DNA from: Clostridia bacterium
GTDB taxonomy: Bacteria > Bacillota > Clostridia > Oscillospirales > CAG-272
DNA: 64,000 nt
Direction: 5' to 3'
Assembly (NCBI GenBank): GCA_017399105.1
Contig: JAFQEJ010000057.1
Span: 68,191 to 132,190 of the forward strand
Below the pieces are notes generated by a model that worked only from the letters and a program-made list of their open reading frames with translations, was not told the DNA's origin and made no database searches. The translations under genes were made by a program, and so were the position numbers. Below, piece after piece: positions 39,818 to 49,457 of the stretch. Every line of letters starts with the position of its first letter. The first letter of the stretch is position 1.

Positions 39818-40603
39818 GTGATGGAAAAGAGAAAAATTTCACCGCTCAAGCTGATCACATGGATTATGGCGGCTTTTATTCTTATTGCATACGGAAATTT
39901 TACGGTCAATTCGATTATTTTCGGGTCGGGGATTCATGAGGTATCGGTCGGTATTCTTGCGATTTTTGCAGCAGGCTGTGCGGCTGTGTTCCACGACAGG
40001 CTTCCGAAGGTGCTTCGCGTGATTCTCTGTGTCGGCATGTGCGTTTATGTGGCAACCTACAGCGCATTTTCTGTTGCTATCCTCTCAACGGCAGATGCCG
40101 ATATCACAGCGATGGCAGAGGATGAGACGCCGATTGTGATGGTGTTCGGCTGCCGTACCTACGGTATGACACCGGGAAAACAGCTTCGTGAGCGGCTGGA
40201 TGCGGCATATGATCTGCTCAGCGCTGACCCCGATGCCATTGCCATTGTCAGCGGCGGTCAGGGATACAACGAGACGGTTCCCGAGGCTGTGGCAATGAAG
40301 GGATATCTTGAAGCTCGGGGCATTGACGGTGCGCGGATTTACACCGAGACTGAGTCTTCGTCGACAGAGGAGAATATTATCAACACGCTGGCGCTGATGA
40401 AGTCTGAGAATCTGATGGATTATCCCGTGATTGCGGTATCCAGCTATTATCATCTTCCGCGAATATCCTTCCTTGCCGGGCGCGAGGGGCTGGAGGTTGG
40501 TGTCTGCGGCAGCGGCAGAAATACAATCATTTCCTTCTTTGATTTCAATCTGGTGAGAGAATACATGGCATATGTGAAGCTGATGCTGCGTTCGATTTGT
40601 TAA
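39818..40603 (+). CDS. YdcF/DUF218 (ElyC/SanA-like) membrane protein
   Basis: VSGGQG, EAVAM, SSSTEEN, SSYYHLPR and REY. Confidence 0.88.
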   Translation: MMEKRKISPLKLITWIMAAFILIAYGNFTVNSIIFGSGIHEVSVGILAIFAAGCAAVFHDRLPKVLRVILCVGMCVYVATYSAFSVAILSTADADITAMAEDETPIVMVFGCRTYGMTPGKQLRERLDAAYDLLSADPDAIAIVSGGQGYNETVPEAVAMKGYLEARGIDGARIYTETESSSTEENIINTLALMKSENLMDYPVIAVSSYYHLPRISFLAGREGLEVGVCGSGRNTIISFFDFNLVREYMAYVKLMLRSIC

Positions 40604-40628
40604 AAATTCCTGTATTCGTGAAAAACTA

Positions 40629-40657
40629 TTGCAATGAGGCAAATTCTGTTGTATAAT
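40629..40657 (+). promoter_or_regulatory. Sigma-A promoter
   Basis: TTGCAA-17 bp-TATAAT. Confidence 0.7.
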
Positions 40658-40716
40658 TTAACAAGATAGGTATGCTTATCGCATGCGAAGAAATATTATC
40701 GATTGAAGAGGTTAAT

Positions 40717-41883
40717 ATGGAACAGGTAAGATATGGTATTATCGGTATCGGAAATATGGGTACCGGCCATGCAAATTATCTTTCTGCAGGAAAGATCGAG
40801 GGCGCAGTTCTCACCGCTGTCTGTGATATCAGAAAGCAGCGTCTGGACTGGGCAGAAGAAACACTTCCCAAGGATGTGGCGATTTATGATGACTACAAGA
40901 AGCTGCTGACAAGCGGTCTCTGTGATGCGGTTATTATCGCAACACCGCACTATCTTCATCCCGTGATCGGCATGGAAGCTTTCGAGGCGGGACTTCATGT
41001 TCTCTCCGAAAAGCCCATCGGTGTCTACACAAAGAAGATTGTTGAGTTTATGGAGGCTGCCAAGAAGAGCGGCAAGGCCTTCGGTATCATGTATAATCAG
41101 CGCACCAATCCTCACTATCAGAAGATGCGCGAAATGGTTCAGAGCGGTGAGCTGGGTGAGCTGAAGCGCTGCGTATGGATCATCACCGACTGGTATCGTT
41201 CACAGGCTTACTATAACAGCGGCGGATGGAGAGCAACCTGGTCGGGTGAAGGCGGCGGCGTTCTGCTCAATCAGTGTCCTCACAATCTCGACCTTTGGCA
41301 GTGGATCTTTGGTATGCCCAACAAAATTCGCGCATACTGTGCCTTCGGTAAATATCATGACATCGAAGTTGACGATGATGTAACCGCATACGCAGAATAT
41401 CCTAATGGTGCCACCGGCGTATTCATCACCACAACCGGAGAGGCTCCCGGTACCAACCGTCTTGAGATCTCGGGCAGCAAGGGTAAGCTGGTCTATGAAG
41501 CAGGCAAGCTGATGTACACCAAGCTGGATGTGGATGAGCGTGAGTTCTGCTACTCGACCACCCAGGGCTTCGGTCTGCCTCCCATGAGCACTACTCAGAT
41601 TGAGTGCGAAGGCCACGGAAAACAGCATGAAGGCATCACACAGAATTTCACCAATCATCTCCTCCACGGCGAGCCGCTGCTTGCTCCCGGTTACGAGGGA
41701 ATCAACGGTCTGTCGCTCTCCAATGCGATGATGCTTTCCACATGGAAGGATAAGACTGTAGAGCTTCCCAACGACGGCGAGGAATTCTGGGAAGAGCTTC
41801 AGAAGCGCATTGCATCCTCCCGTTCCAAGGAAAATGTTGTTGAAGCGGTTGCCGATCTTTCGGGAACCTACGGCAATAAGTGA
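40717..41883 (+). CDS. Gfo/Idh/MocA family oxidoreductase
   Basis: GIIGIGNMG, IATPHYLH, HVLSEKP and GGGVLLNQCPHNLD. Confidence 0.92.
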   Translation: MEQVRYGIIGIGNMGTGHANYLSAGKIEGAVLTAVCDIRKQRLDWAEETLPKDVAIYDDYKKLLTSGLCDAVIIATPHYLHPVIGMEAFEAGLHVLSEKPIGVYTKKIVEFMEAAKKSGKAFGIMYNQRTNPHYQKMREMVQSGELGELKRCVWIITDWYRSQAYYNSGGWRATWSGEGGGVLLNQCPHNLDLWQWIFGMPNKIRAYCAFGKYHDIEVDDDVTAYAEYPNGATGVFITTTGEAPGTNRLEISGSKGKLVYEAGKLMYTKLDVDEREFCYSTTQGFGLPPMSTTQIECEGHGKQHEGITQNFTNHLLHGEPLLAPGYEGINGLSLSNAMMLSTWKDKTVELPNDGEEFWEELQKRIASSRSKENVVEAVADLSGTYGNK

Positions 41884-41891
41884 GAGGTCGC

Positions 41892-42305
41892 ATGATGGCA
41901 AACGAAAAGATCGCCGGTCTCGGCTTTCATCATATCGGTCTGAAGGTGGCGGATTTCGAAAAGTCCACAGCCTTCTACACTGCTCTCGGTCTCAAGCCTG
42001 TTGCAAGCTGGATTGGCGGAAGCGGTGACCCCATTACCATGTTTGATCTGGGCGATGGCGGCATCCTCGAGCTTTTTGGCGGCGGCGGTGACCACCTGAG
42101 CAAAAACGGCAAGTGGGTTCACTTTGCAATGAAGGTGGATTCTGTTGAGGATGCTTATGAAACAGCTCTGGCAGCAGGTGCTGTCAGCGTAACTGCTCCC
42201 AAGTCTGTGCCGCTGGACTCCAAGCCTGAGAAGATGACCATTCGTGTCGCTTTTGTGGCAGGTCCCGACGGTGAAGAGCTGGAATTCTTCAAGAAGGAGG
42301 CATAA
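41892..42305 (+). CDS. VOC/glyoxalase family protein
   Basis: FHHIGLKV...FY, LELF, HFAMKV and GPDGEELEF. Confidence 0.88.
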   Translation: MMANEKIAGLGFHHIGLKVADFEKSTAFYTALGLKPVASWIGGSGDPITMFDLGDGGILELFGGGGDHLSKNGKWVHFAMKVDSVEDAYETALAAGAVSVTAPKSVPLDSKPEKMTIRVAFVAGPDGEELEFFKKEA

Positions 42306-42307
42306 GT

Positions 42308-42604
42308 ATGATCGTACTCTTTGTTTCTATCGAAGTAAAGCCCGAATGTGCAGCTGCATTTGAGGAAATTTCCCGTTACAATCACGAGAATGCTGTCAAG
42401 GAAGAGGGCTGCCTCCGCTTTGATGTGCTGCACTCCACTGAGAATCCCAACAAGTATAACCTTTATGAGGTATACAGCGATAAGGCTGCTGTAGACTTTC
42501 ACAAGACCACCGAGCATTACCGGAAGTGGGCAGCAGAGGTTGAGCCCATGTGTGCATCCCCCAGAAGCAAGGTTGTTCTGGAAGAGGTTGCGTTTACAAA
42601 ATAA
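42308..42604 (+). CDS. ABM / LsrG-like dimeric alpha-beta barrel protein
   Basis: EEGCLRFDV, LYEVY and HKTTEHYRKW. Confidence 0.85.
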   Translation: MIVLFVSIEVKPECAAAFEEISRYNHENAVKEEGCLRFDVLHSTENPNKYNLYEVYSDKAAVDFHKTTEHYRKWAAEVEPMCASPRSKVVLEEVAFTK

Positions 42605-42631
42605 ATTTTATTACATAAAGGATGAATCATC

Positions 42632-43336
42632 ATGAAAAGATCATTTGTTAACAAGCTCATCGACGACGCTATCGCTTTTCTCGACGAGTACAAGTTCAAG
42701 CTTCCCCCTTTTGCTTACTTCACACCCGAAGAATGGGCTGAGAAGGGTCATGAGTATGACGAGATCAGAATGAACTCCCTTGGCTGGGACATCACTGATT
42801 TCGGCAGCGGCGACTTTGAGAAGGTCGGTCTCTTCCTTTTCACACTCCGCAACGGTAATCTGAAGAACCCCGATGATAAGAAGGTTTATGCTGAAAAGAT
42901 TATGATCGTTCAGGAAAACCAGGTTACTCCTTACCATTATCATTGGTACAAGCAGGAAGATATCATCAACCGCGGCGGCGGAAATCTTATGATCAAGGTT
43001 TACGGTGCTGCTGACACCGACCGTGTTATGGAAGATACTCCCGCATTCTCCGATAAAGACGTTGAGATTCAGATGGACGGACGTCACTTCATGGTTAAGC
43101 CGGGTACCATTCTCCGTCTCGAGCCCGGTCAGAGTCTGACCAACACCAAGTATCTTTATCACTCTTTCTGGGGCGAAGAGGGACACGGTCCTGTACTTGT
43201 CGGCGAAGTTTCTCAATGCAACGACGACTCCAACGACAACCGCTTCTATGAGCGCAACGGACGCTTCCCGCCCATCGAGGAGGATGAGCCCGCAAGATAC
43301 GTTCTCGGCAACGAGTATCCCCCCGCAAAGGACTAA
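42632..43336 (+). CDS. D-lyxose/D-mannose family sugar isomerase (cupin)
   Basis: LPPF, LGWDITDFG, LFTLRNG, YAEK, PYHYHWYKQEDIINRGGG and GEVS..NDD..DN. Confidence 0.9.
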   Translation: MKRSFVNKLIDDAIAFLDEYKFKLPPFAYFTPEEWAEKGHEYDEIRMNSLGWDITDFGSGDFEKVGLFLFTLRNGNLKNPDDKKVYAEKIMIVQENQVTPYHYHWYKQEDIINRGGGNLMIKVYGAADTDRVMEDTPAFSDKDVEIQMDGRHFMVKPGTILRLEPGQSLTNTKYLYHSFWGEEGHGPVLVGEVSQCNDDSNDNRFYERNGRFPPIEEDEPARYVLGNEYPPAKD

Positions 43337-43395
43337 ATGCTCAAGTCGATAGCCTTGCGATTGGTAGAGCTGATAAAGTGAGTTAATAATAATAC

Positions 43396-43430
43396 AGGGC
43401 ATCCTTGCAGCATTGCGAAGATGCCCTTTT
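43396..43430 (+). terminator. Intrinsic terminator
   Basis: AGGGCATC...GATGCCCT-TTT. Confidence 0.7.
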
Positions 43431-43449
43431 CCTATAAGGGAGATAAAAA

Positions 43450-44352
43450 ATGGCACCCAAATGTTATCTGAGAAGTCTGAAGCTGGTATCAGCGTTTGAT
43501 GAAATCGAATACATCAAGAGAGAAAAGCGCGTGGCGAACAGCATGTATCCCTTCAAGATGTTCGATGCGAAGGAGCTGCGAAGGGTTGATTTTGAACCGA
43601 TTACTATCCTCTGCGGAAGCAACGGATCGGGCAAAACCACGCTTCTCAATGTGATCGCTGAGGCGGCAGGTCTGCACCGTCACTCGCCTTTTCATGGAGG
43701 GATGTTTTTTGCCGATTATGTTTCTATGTGTAAAATGGATGCAGATGAAATTCCGCGGCAAAGTCAGATTCTCACCAGCGACGATATTTCGGATTATCTC
43801 ATCAACATGCGTGCGCTGAACAACGGCATCGATAACAGGCGAAATGAGCTGTATGCGGAATATATTGCCCGCAGAGATGATCTCCACCGCAATCTGACCT
43901 CGCTTGAAGATTATGATGACTGGAAGGAAAGCATGGATGCGAAATCCAAGACGCCGACTCAGTTTATCAAGGCGCGCATGATGAAAAGCGTGGACATGTT
44001 CTCAAACGGTGAGACTGCCATGAAGTATTATCTCGAGCGTATCAGCGAGAATGCGCTCTATCTGATCGACGAGCCGGAGAACAGCCTGTCGCCAAAGCTG
44101 CAGCGTGATCTGCTCGATTACATCAGCGCATCGGCACGCTATTACGGTTGTCAGTTTATCATTGCCACCCATTCGCCAATTCTGCTTTCTCTGCCCGGAG
44201 CGAAGATATACGATCTCGACGATTATCCCGTTTCGGTGAAAAAATGGACAGAGCTGGAGCATGTCTGTGCGTATTACAGCTTCTTTAAGCAGCATGAGGA
44301 GGAAATCCTTGCTGCCAATCCCGACCGCAGGTGGGATGAAGATGACGGATAA
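43450..44352 (+). CDS. Predicted ABC/AAA-type ATPase (COG3910-like)
   Basis: PITILCGSNGSGKTT, SNGE, LYLIDEPENSLSP and QFIIATHSP. Confidence 0.85.
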   Translation: MAPKCYLRSLKLVSAFDEIEYIKREKRVANSMYPFKMFDAKELRRVDFEPITILCGSNGSGKTTLLNVIAEAAGLHRHSPFHGGMFFADYVSMCKMDADEIPRQSQILTSDDISDYLINMRALNNGIDNRRNELYAEYIARRDDLHRNLTSLEDYDDWKESMDAKSKTPTQFIKARMMKSVDMFSNGETAMKYYLERISENALYLIDEPENSLSPKLQRDLLDYISASARYYGCQFIIATHSPILLSLPGAKIYDLDDYPVSVKKWTELEHVCAYYSFFKQHEEEILAANPDRRWDEDDG

Positions 44353-44385
44353 ATCGGTGAAACAGTCAGAAAAGAGGAAATATTT

Positions 44386-46485
44386 ATGAAATTTTATCCG
44401 AGAAGCGAGGAGCTCACCGGTGTGCAGGAGGCCTCGCCCTATTCCCGCAAGAACGACCTGCAGTGCGATTTTGTGATGGTTTACGGTATTCACAACATCA
44501 GGGAGCGGATCAAGCCCTGGAAGCGTCAGGGCTATGTGATTCACCTCATGACAGGCGTATCCTGGGGAGATTATCAGGATTATCTGAACGGGAACTTTGA
44601 CGGAAGGGAGCATCATGATGAGGGGCAGGTGGATCGTCAGGGCAATTCGGTGGACCATCATCCGACAGTGCCTTACATGATTCCCACCATGGCATATGCA
44701 CGCTTTCTGACCGAAAAGCTGAAGGTGGCGGTGGATGCCGGTGTGGATGCCATCCATCTGGAGGAGCCTGAAATATGGGTGAGATCCGGCTATTCCGAGG
44801 CCTTTAAGCGTGAGTGGCTGCTTTATTACAAGGAGCCCTGGCGTGATCCGGCATCCTCCTGCGACGCACAGTATAAGGCGTCGCGGCTCAAGCAGTATCT
44901 GTATTCCCGTATGCTGAATGTCCTCTGTTCCGAGCTGAAGGAGTATGCACTGGTCAGGTATGGCAGACAGCTCCGTTTCTATGTGCCGACTCATTCGCTG
45001 ATCAGTTATACGCAGATTGATATGGTTTCACCTGAATCAATGCTGATCGATCTTCCCGGTGTGGATGGGTATATTGCCCAGATATGGACGGGAACGGCAC
45101 GGGTGGCAAATCAATATGAGGGCAGAGTCGGTGAGCGTGTTTTTGAGGCTGCATTCCTCGAATACGGTATCATGCAGGAGCTGGTGAGAGGTACAGGGCG
45201 CCGTATGTGGTTTCTGCACGATCCTGTGGAGGACAACCGCAACCGTACCTGGGAGGATTACAGCGCCAACTATAAGCGTACAGTGGCGGCTTCTCTGCTT
45301 CATCCTGCAGTCTGGCATTATGAGGTTGCTCCCTGGCCCTGCCGTGTCTTCAGCGGAAGCTATGCTACAGAGGATGATAAGAATCGTATTCCCATCCCCG
45401 ATTCCTATCGCACCGAGCTTCTGACAATCACGCAGGCGCTTCGCGATATGAAGCAGGAGGATGTGAAGCTGGCAGGTGACCGAAAGGAGATCGGTATACT
45501 GCTTGCCGATTCTTCCATGTATCAACGCACCTATCCCGACGGTGATTCAATGGCAGAGCGCAATACTGGCTGTGTATGGGATTCTTTCTTCGGTCTTGCG
45601 ATGCCGCTGCTGAAGAACGGACTGCTTGCCCGTCCCGTGCAGCTTGACAATATCAGAAGAAGCACCGATTATCTCGCTCCCTACAAGACACTGGTGCTGT
45701 CCTACGAATTTATGAAGCCTTCGTCTCCCGATATTCATGCTGCCATTGAAGCATGGATCAAAGCAGGCGGTACACTGATCTATGTGGGTGACGGAAAGGA
45801 TTCTTTCCATGATATTGATATGTGGTGGAAGCCCTATGGACGTCCCGAGTGCCATCTTTTTGAGACGCTGGGGCTGGAGCGTGAGCCGGAGGAGGGCATG
45901 TATTCCATCGGTGCCGGCAGGCTGCGTTATGTGAAGGCGGCTCCCTCCGATTTCGCCCGTACCCGCGAAGCCTCGTCTGCATACCGTGAGCTGGTGCGCG
46001 AAACGCTTGCCGAATCGGGCATTACATGGAGCTACGGCAACTCGCTTGTCATGGAGCGCGGACCATACACCATTGCTTCTGTTATGAGCGAGAGCGAGGT
46101 TACAGAGCCGCTGATACTGGAAGGCTGCTACTGCGATCTCTTCAAAGCGGAGCTTCCCATTGTCGAAAATCCTGCGCTTGGTATCGGAGATGTGGGGCTT
46201 TACATTGATCTTGCCAAGGTTAGTGCCTGCACGGATGATAGTGCGATTCTCCTTGCCGCTGCGGCGCGTATCGAGGATTTTAAGCCCTCTCAGCGTATGT
46301 GCAGCTTCAAGGCGACAGCACCCGAGGATTCCCGCTGTGTGATGCGTATTCGTACCAAGCGTCCCGTGAAATCGGCTGTGGTATCAAAGGGGGAGATTTC
46401 CTTTGAATACGATGCTGTGTCTGACACCACGAGGCTGACCTTCATGAATTCTCCCGACGGTGTGAAGGTGAAGATTTATTATTGA
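44386..46485 (+). CDS. Hypothetical protein, probably glycoside-hydrolase-like (TIM barrel, GATase-like domain and beta domain)
   Basis: 699 aa; DAIHLEEPE and WIKAGGTLIYVG (similar to a beta-galactosidase trimerisation domain); carbohydrate gene context. Confidence 0.55.
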   Translation: MKFYPRSEELTGVQEASPYSRKNDLQCDFVMVYGIHNIRERIKPWKRQGYVIHLMTGVSWGDYQDYLNGNFDGREHHDEGQVDRQGNSVDHHPTVPYMIPTMAYARFLTEKLKVAVDAGVDAIHLEEPEIWVRSGYSEAFKREWLLYYKEPWRDPASSCDAQYKASRLKQYLYSRMLNVLCSELKEYALVRYGRQLRFYVPTHSLISYTQIDMVSPESMLIDLPGVDGYIAQIWTGTARVANQYEGRVGERVFEAAFLEYGIMQELVRGTGRRMWFLHDPVEDNRNRTWEDYSANYKRTVAASLLHPAVWHYEVAPWPCRVFSGSYATEDDKNRIPIPDSYRTELLTITQALRDMKQEDVKLAGDRKEIGILLADSSMYQRTYPDGDSMAERNTGCVWDSFFGLAMPLLKNGLLARPVQLDNIRRSTDYLAPYKTLVLSYEFMKPSSPDIHAAIEAWIKAGGTLIYVGDGKDSFHDIDMWWKPYGRPECHLFETLGLEREPEEGMYSIGAGRLRYVKAAPSDFARTREASSAYRELVRETLAESGITWSYGNSLVMERGPYTIASVMSESEVTEPLILEGCYCDLFKAELPIVENPALGIGDVGLYIDLAKVSACTDDSAILLAAAARIEDFKPSQRMCSFKATAPEDSRCVMRIRTKRPVKSAVVSKGEISFEYDAVSDTTRLTFMNSPDGVKVKIYY

Positions 46486-46494
46486 GGTGATAAA

Positions 46495-47094
46495 GTGGCA
46501 AAAATCATTGTTCTTGATGCCGGACACGGACAGTTCGGAAATCCTTACCCAACCTTTGATGGTTGTTATGAGGGAACGCAGAATTATAAGCTTTCTCTGA
46601 AGCTGAAGCGTGAACTGGAGGTCCGCGGCTATGAAGTTTTGCTTACCAGACCCGAGATCACCGATGATCCCGAGCTTGCAGTGCGCGGACGTATGGCGGG
46701 GGAGCATGGAGCCTGCTTTTTTCTCTCACTTCACTCCAACGCACCCGGAAATGATGTGCCGCCCGATATCTACCCGACCATTCGCGGAACCGAGATCTAC
46801 TATTCACTCACCGACAAAGAGGGGAATATTCCCCTGGCGAGGGCACTCAATGATGCGGTGGTGCGTGTGATGGAGACCGAGGACAGGGGCATAAAAATCC
46901 GCGAATATCCGGGCGTTCCCGAGGATGACTACTACGGCGTACTTCGCTCTTCAGCGAAGAGTGGCTGCAGACGCGCGATGCTGCTGGAGCATGGCTTCCA
47001 CACCAATCCCGAGGATGCGGCAAAGCTGCTTGACGATGCGATTCTCGAGCGGCTGGCCGTGGCTGAGGCGGAGGTTATCGCGAGGTTTGTATAG
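46495..47094 (+). CDS. N-acetylmuramoyl-L-alanine amidase (Amidase_3), catalytic domain only
   Basis: VLDAGHG, E, SLHSNA and LLEHGF zinc ligands; GTG start after GAGGTGA. Confidence 0.9.
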   Translation: MAKIIVLDAGHGQFGNPYPTFDGCYEGTQNYKLSLKLKRELEVRGYEVLLTRPEITDDPELAVRGRMAGEHGACFFLSLHSNAPGNDVPPDIYPTIRGTEIYYSLTDKEGNIPLARALNDAVVRVMETEDRGIKIREYPGVPEDDYYGVLRSSAKSGCRRAMLLEHGFHTNPEDAAKLLDDAILERLAVAEAEVIARFV

Positions 47095-47115
47095 GGAACA
47101 TTGGTTGGCAAAACA

Positions 47116-47159
47116 ATATTCAAGGGACTGTCGCATTTGCATGCGACAGTCCCTTTTTT
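47116..47159. repeat. Dispersed palindrome/terminator, copy 1
   Basis: ATATTC-AAGGGACTGTCGCAT-TTGC-ATGCGACAGTCCCTT-TTTT; near-identical copy at 60316. Confidence 0.8.
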
Positions 47160-47165
47160 GGACTC

Positions 47166-49442
47166 TTATTCGTTGATGATTCTGCCCTCGCCCGATTGAA
47201 GAACAAGATCAAAGTATTCATACGGACCGACGTATTTGTAGGTGTATCCGTCGTTTTGGGCATTTGCGTACTCTTCCACTGCCTTGATGAATTCGGACAT
47301 TTGTGTGGGAGAATTGCGTACAATGCGAAAAGCGGTGAAGCTGATATGACTTTGCATGCTTCGATAAGCGGACTCAGGCGATGAGCCGTCGCCATCCATA
47401 CCCGAGATGACGGTACCGTTGTAAACAACCATTCTGGTGCCGTTGTTGGAGAAGTTTCCTGCCGGTGTCATCTTGCTGTACAGGTCATATACATCGGTGT
47501 TGAAGGGGAGTGCGCCGTTGAGAATGAAGCCGGTCACATCCATGTTGAAGCGCTCCAGATAGGGCTTGTTGTAGTTGATCCATGTCTGTGTTGCTGTGGG
47601 AAGCTCTCGCACACCCTTTTTTTGGATGAGCGCTGAAGGATTTACATAGCCTGCACCGCTGTCACCTGCGATAAAGTAGTCGAGATCGGCCTTATTTTTA
47701 TATACATAGTCGAAAACCATGGGGATACGGTTGCTCAGGTTGGGATTGAAACCCCATCCCATGGCATAGGTACCGTGGGCGGGATCCTTCCAGAAGCTGG
47801 GAACCACAGATTTCAACCATGCTGAGGCATCGTAGTCACCGATATAAACGGTGAAGTAACGGGTTTTCTTTTCATAAGTGGGCATCTCGGAGGGATAATT
47901 GTTTTCGTAGCTGTCCTCCAGAGGATAGTAGCAGTAGAGGGATGCATTTGTCATGCAGCAGGGATGGGCACAGTCTGCTTCCATCGCGCAGTTGTAGGTG
48001 GTGGCAAGCTGAGCAAACTGCCATTCCAGTGCAACAGCTCCGATATTGCCGCGTCCGAGATGCTCGGTGTATTTCATCCACCAGGGGGGAAAGCCTACAA
48101 CCTGGGTAAAGTTATCGGGGTTACGGTCATAGGCTGTCTGCAGAATTGTGCAGAGCGTCTGATAATCGGTGCCTACCGGCTGTGTGGGATCATCAAAGGG
48201 TGCCTCCTTGGCATTGCTGGTCAGATCAAAGCAGAAGACACGGTTCATGACAAAGTAATCGAAGTTATAGATCTGGTTGTAGAAGGCATTGGTAGCCTCA
48301 GCCCCTTCGTAGGTAGTGGTACCCGGGACCGTACCTGCACCGTCGAGGATGTATCCTAAAATTTCGTTGGAGCACTTATCCATGTAAAGCTCCAGCGCCC
48401 AGAGATAAGCATCACATTTGGTGCTGCCCGATGAGGGAATATTGGTGTCGGGGATGGTGCCGCTGCCGGTGAATTTGCCTACCAGCGACATCTTTTCCTC
48501 AACGCCCAGTGAAATCAGCGTGGAGTAAAGGCTGTTCGGTGAGGTGTCGTATTTCACGGGGAGATAGCCGTCTACGCCGCAGATGGTAGCTGCAACATTG
48601 GCAGTGGAGGGAACTGCGGGATCCCACGCAACCATGCCGTACTGCCTGATATAAGGCAGGAAAAGATCCCAGAGCACATCTGTATTGTCGATATTGAGAA
48701 CTTCATAGCTGCTGAAATAATTGCCGTCTTCCATCATGTAGTTCAGCCAGAAGGTATCGTTTGCGTCGATGGTCTGATGGAAAAGAATATCTGTCACGGG
48801 AAAATTACGGTTGAAGAGTCCCTGCAGGCAGGTGAAGAGACGTATCGCATCCTGCTCGGTTCCTCCTGCTCTTCCGATCAGTTCGGAAGGAACATTGATG
48901 ATGGTGTGCGGTATTACGAGGTCATAAGTGCTGCTCTGATCCAATGCACGGATGATGCGCATATCACCGACCTCACCCTTGTAGGTATTGATGTGCGTGT
49001 TGATGAAATACTCAACGGCACGATAGGTACCAAGGGCGGAATCGCCGAGTATGACAATTTTTTCGCCGACCGCACGGATGATATAACCCTGCTCGCCAAG
49101 CTCTGCTTCGGCTGCGATGCTTTCTTCACGGGTGGTGACGCCTACAAGAATCTCCTTGGTTGGGATACTTGCTTCGTTGCCTCTTTTTACCCAGTCGGTG
49201 GCAAGCACAATATCAGAGCCGGTCAGATCATTGATGGCATTGCGGAGGAGAATTGCCGCGTCGATTTCATTTTGCTCGGCTGTGTCTCCGCGGGTGATGA
49301 CATAATCTGAAATGCCGCCGCTGACCAGCTTGATGACCTCTTCATCGGGCAGCTTTGCCACATCGGGAAGATCATCATTGCAGGATGAGATGACAGAAAC
49401 AAGTATCAACAGCAGAACGATCAGCGTTGTGAGTCGTTTCAT
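47166..49442 (-). CDS. Lipoprotein with GxGYxYP putative glycoside hydrolase domains
   Basis: Signal peptide ending ISSC; GH20b-like N-terminal segment (EILVGVTTR); IGDYD, WGFNP and GDSGAGYVNP. Confidence 0.75.
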   Translation of the reverse strand: MKRLTTLIVLLLILVSVISSCNDDLPDVAKLPDEEVIKLVSGGISDYVITRGDTAEQNEIDAAILLRNAINDLTGSDIVLATDWVKRGNEASIPTKEILVGVTTREESIAAEAELGEQGYIIRAVGEKIVILGDSALGTYRAVEYFINTHINTYKGEVGDMRIIRALDQSSTYDLVIPHTIINVPSELIGRAGGTEQDAIRLFTCLQGLFNRNFPVTDILFHQTIDANDTFWLNYMMEDGNYFSSYEVLNIDNTDVLWDLFLPYIRQYGMVAWDPAVPSTANVAATICGVDGYLPVKYDTSPNSLYSTLISLGVEEKMSLVGKFTGSGTIPDTNIPSSGSTKCDAYLWALELYMDKCSNEILGYILDGAGTVPGTTTYEGAEATNAFYNQIYNFDYFVMNRVFCFDLTSNAKEAPFDDPTQPVGTDYQTLCTILQTAYDRNPDNFTQVVGFPPWWMKYTEHLGRGNIGAVALEWQFAQLATTYNCAMEADCAHPCCMTNASLYCYYPLEDSYENNYPSEMPTYEKKTRYFTVYIGDYDASAWLKSVVPSFWKDPAHGTYAMGWGFNPNLSNRIPMVFDYVYKNKADLDYFIAGDSGAGYVNPSALIQKKGVRELPTATQTWINYNKPYLERFNMDVTGFILNGALPFNTDVYDLYSKMTPAGNFSNNGTRMVVYNGTVISGMDGDGSSPESAYRSMQSHISFTAFRIVRNSPTQMSEFIKAVEEYANAQNDGYTYKYVGPYEYFDLVLQSGEGRIINE

Positions 49443-49457
49443 AGGAATACCTCTCTT

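Noticed and set aside
43337-43390. Possible small ribozyme or sRNA after the sugar isomerase gene
   Set aside because: Only weak pairing is visible, and I could not match hammerhead, twister, pistol or HDV cores.
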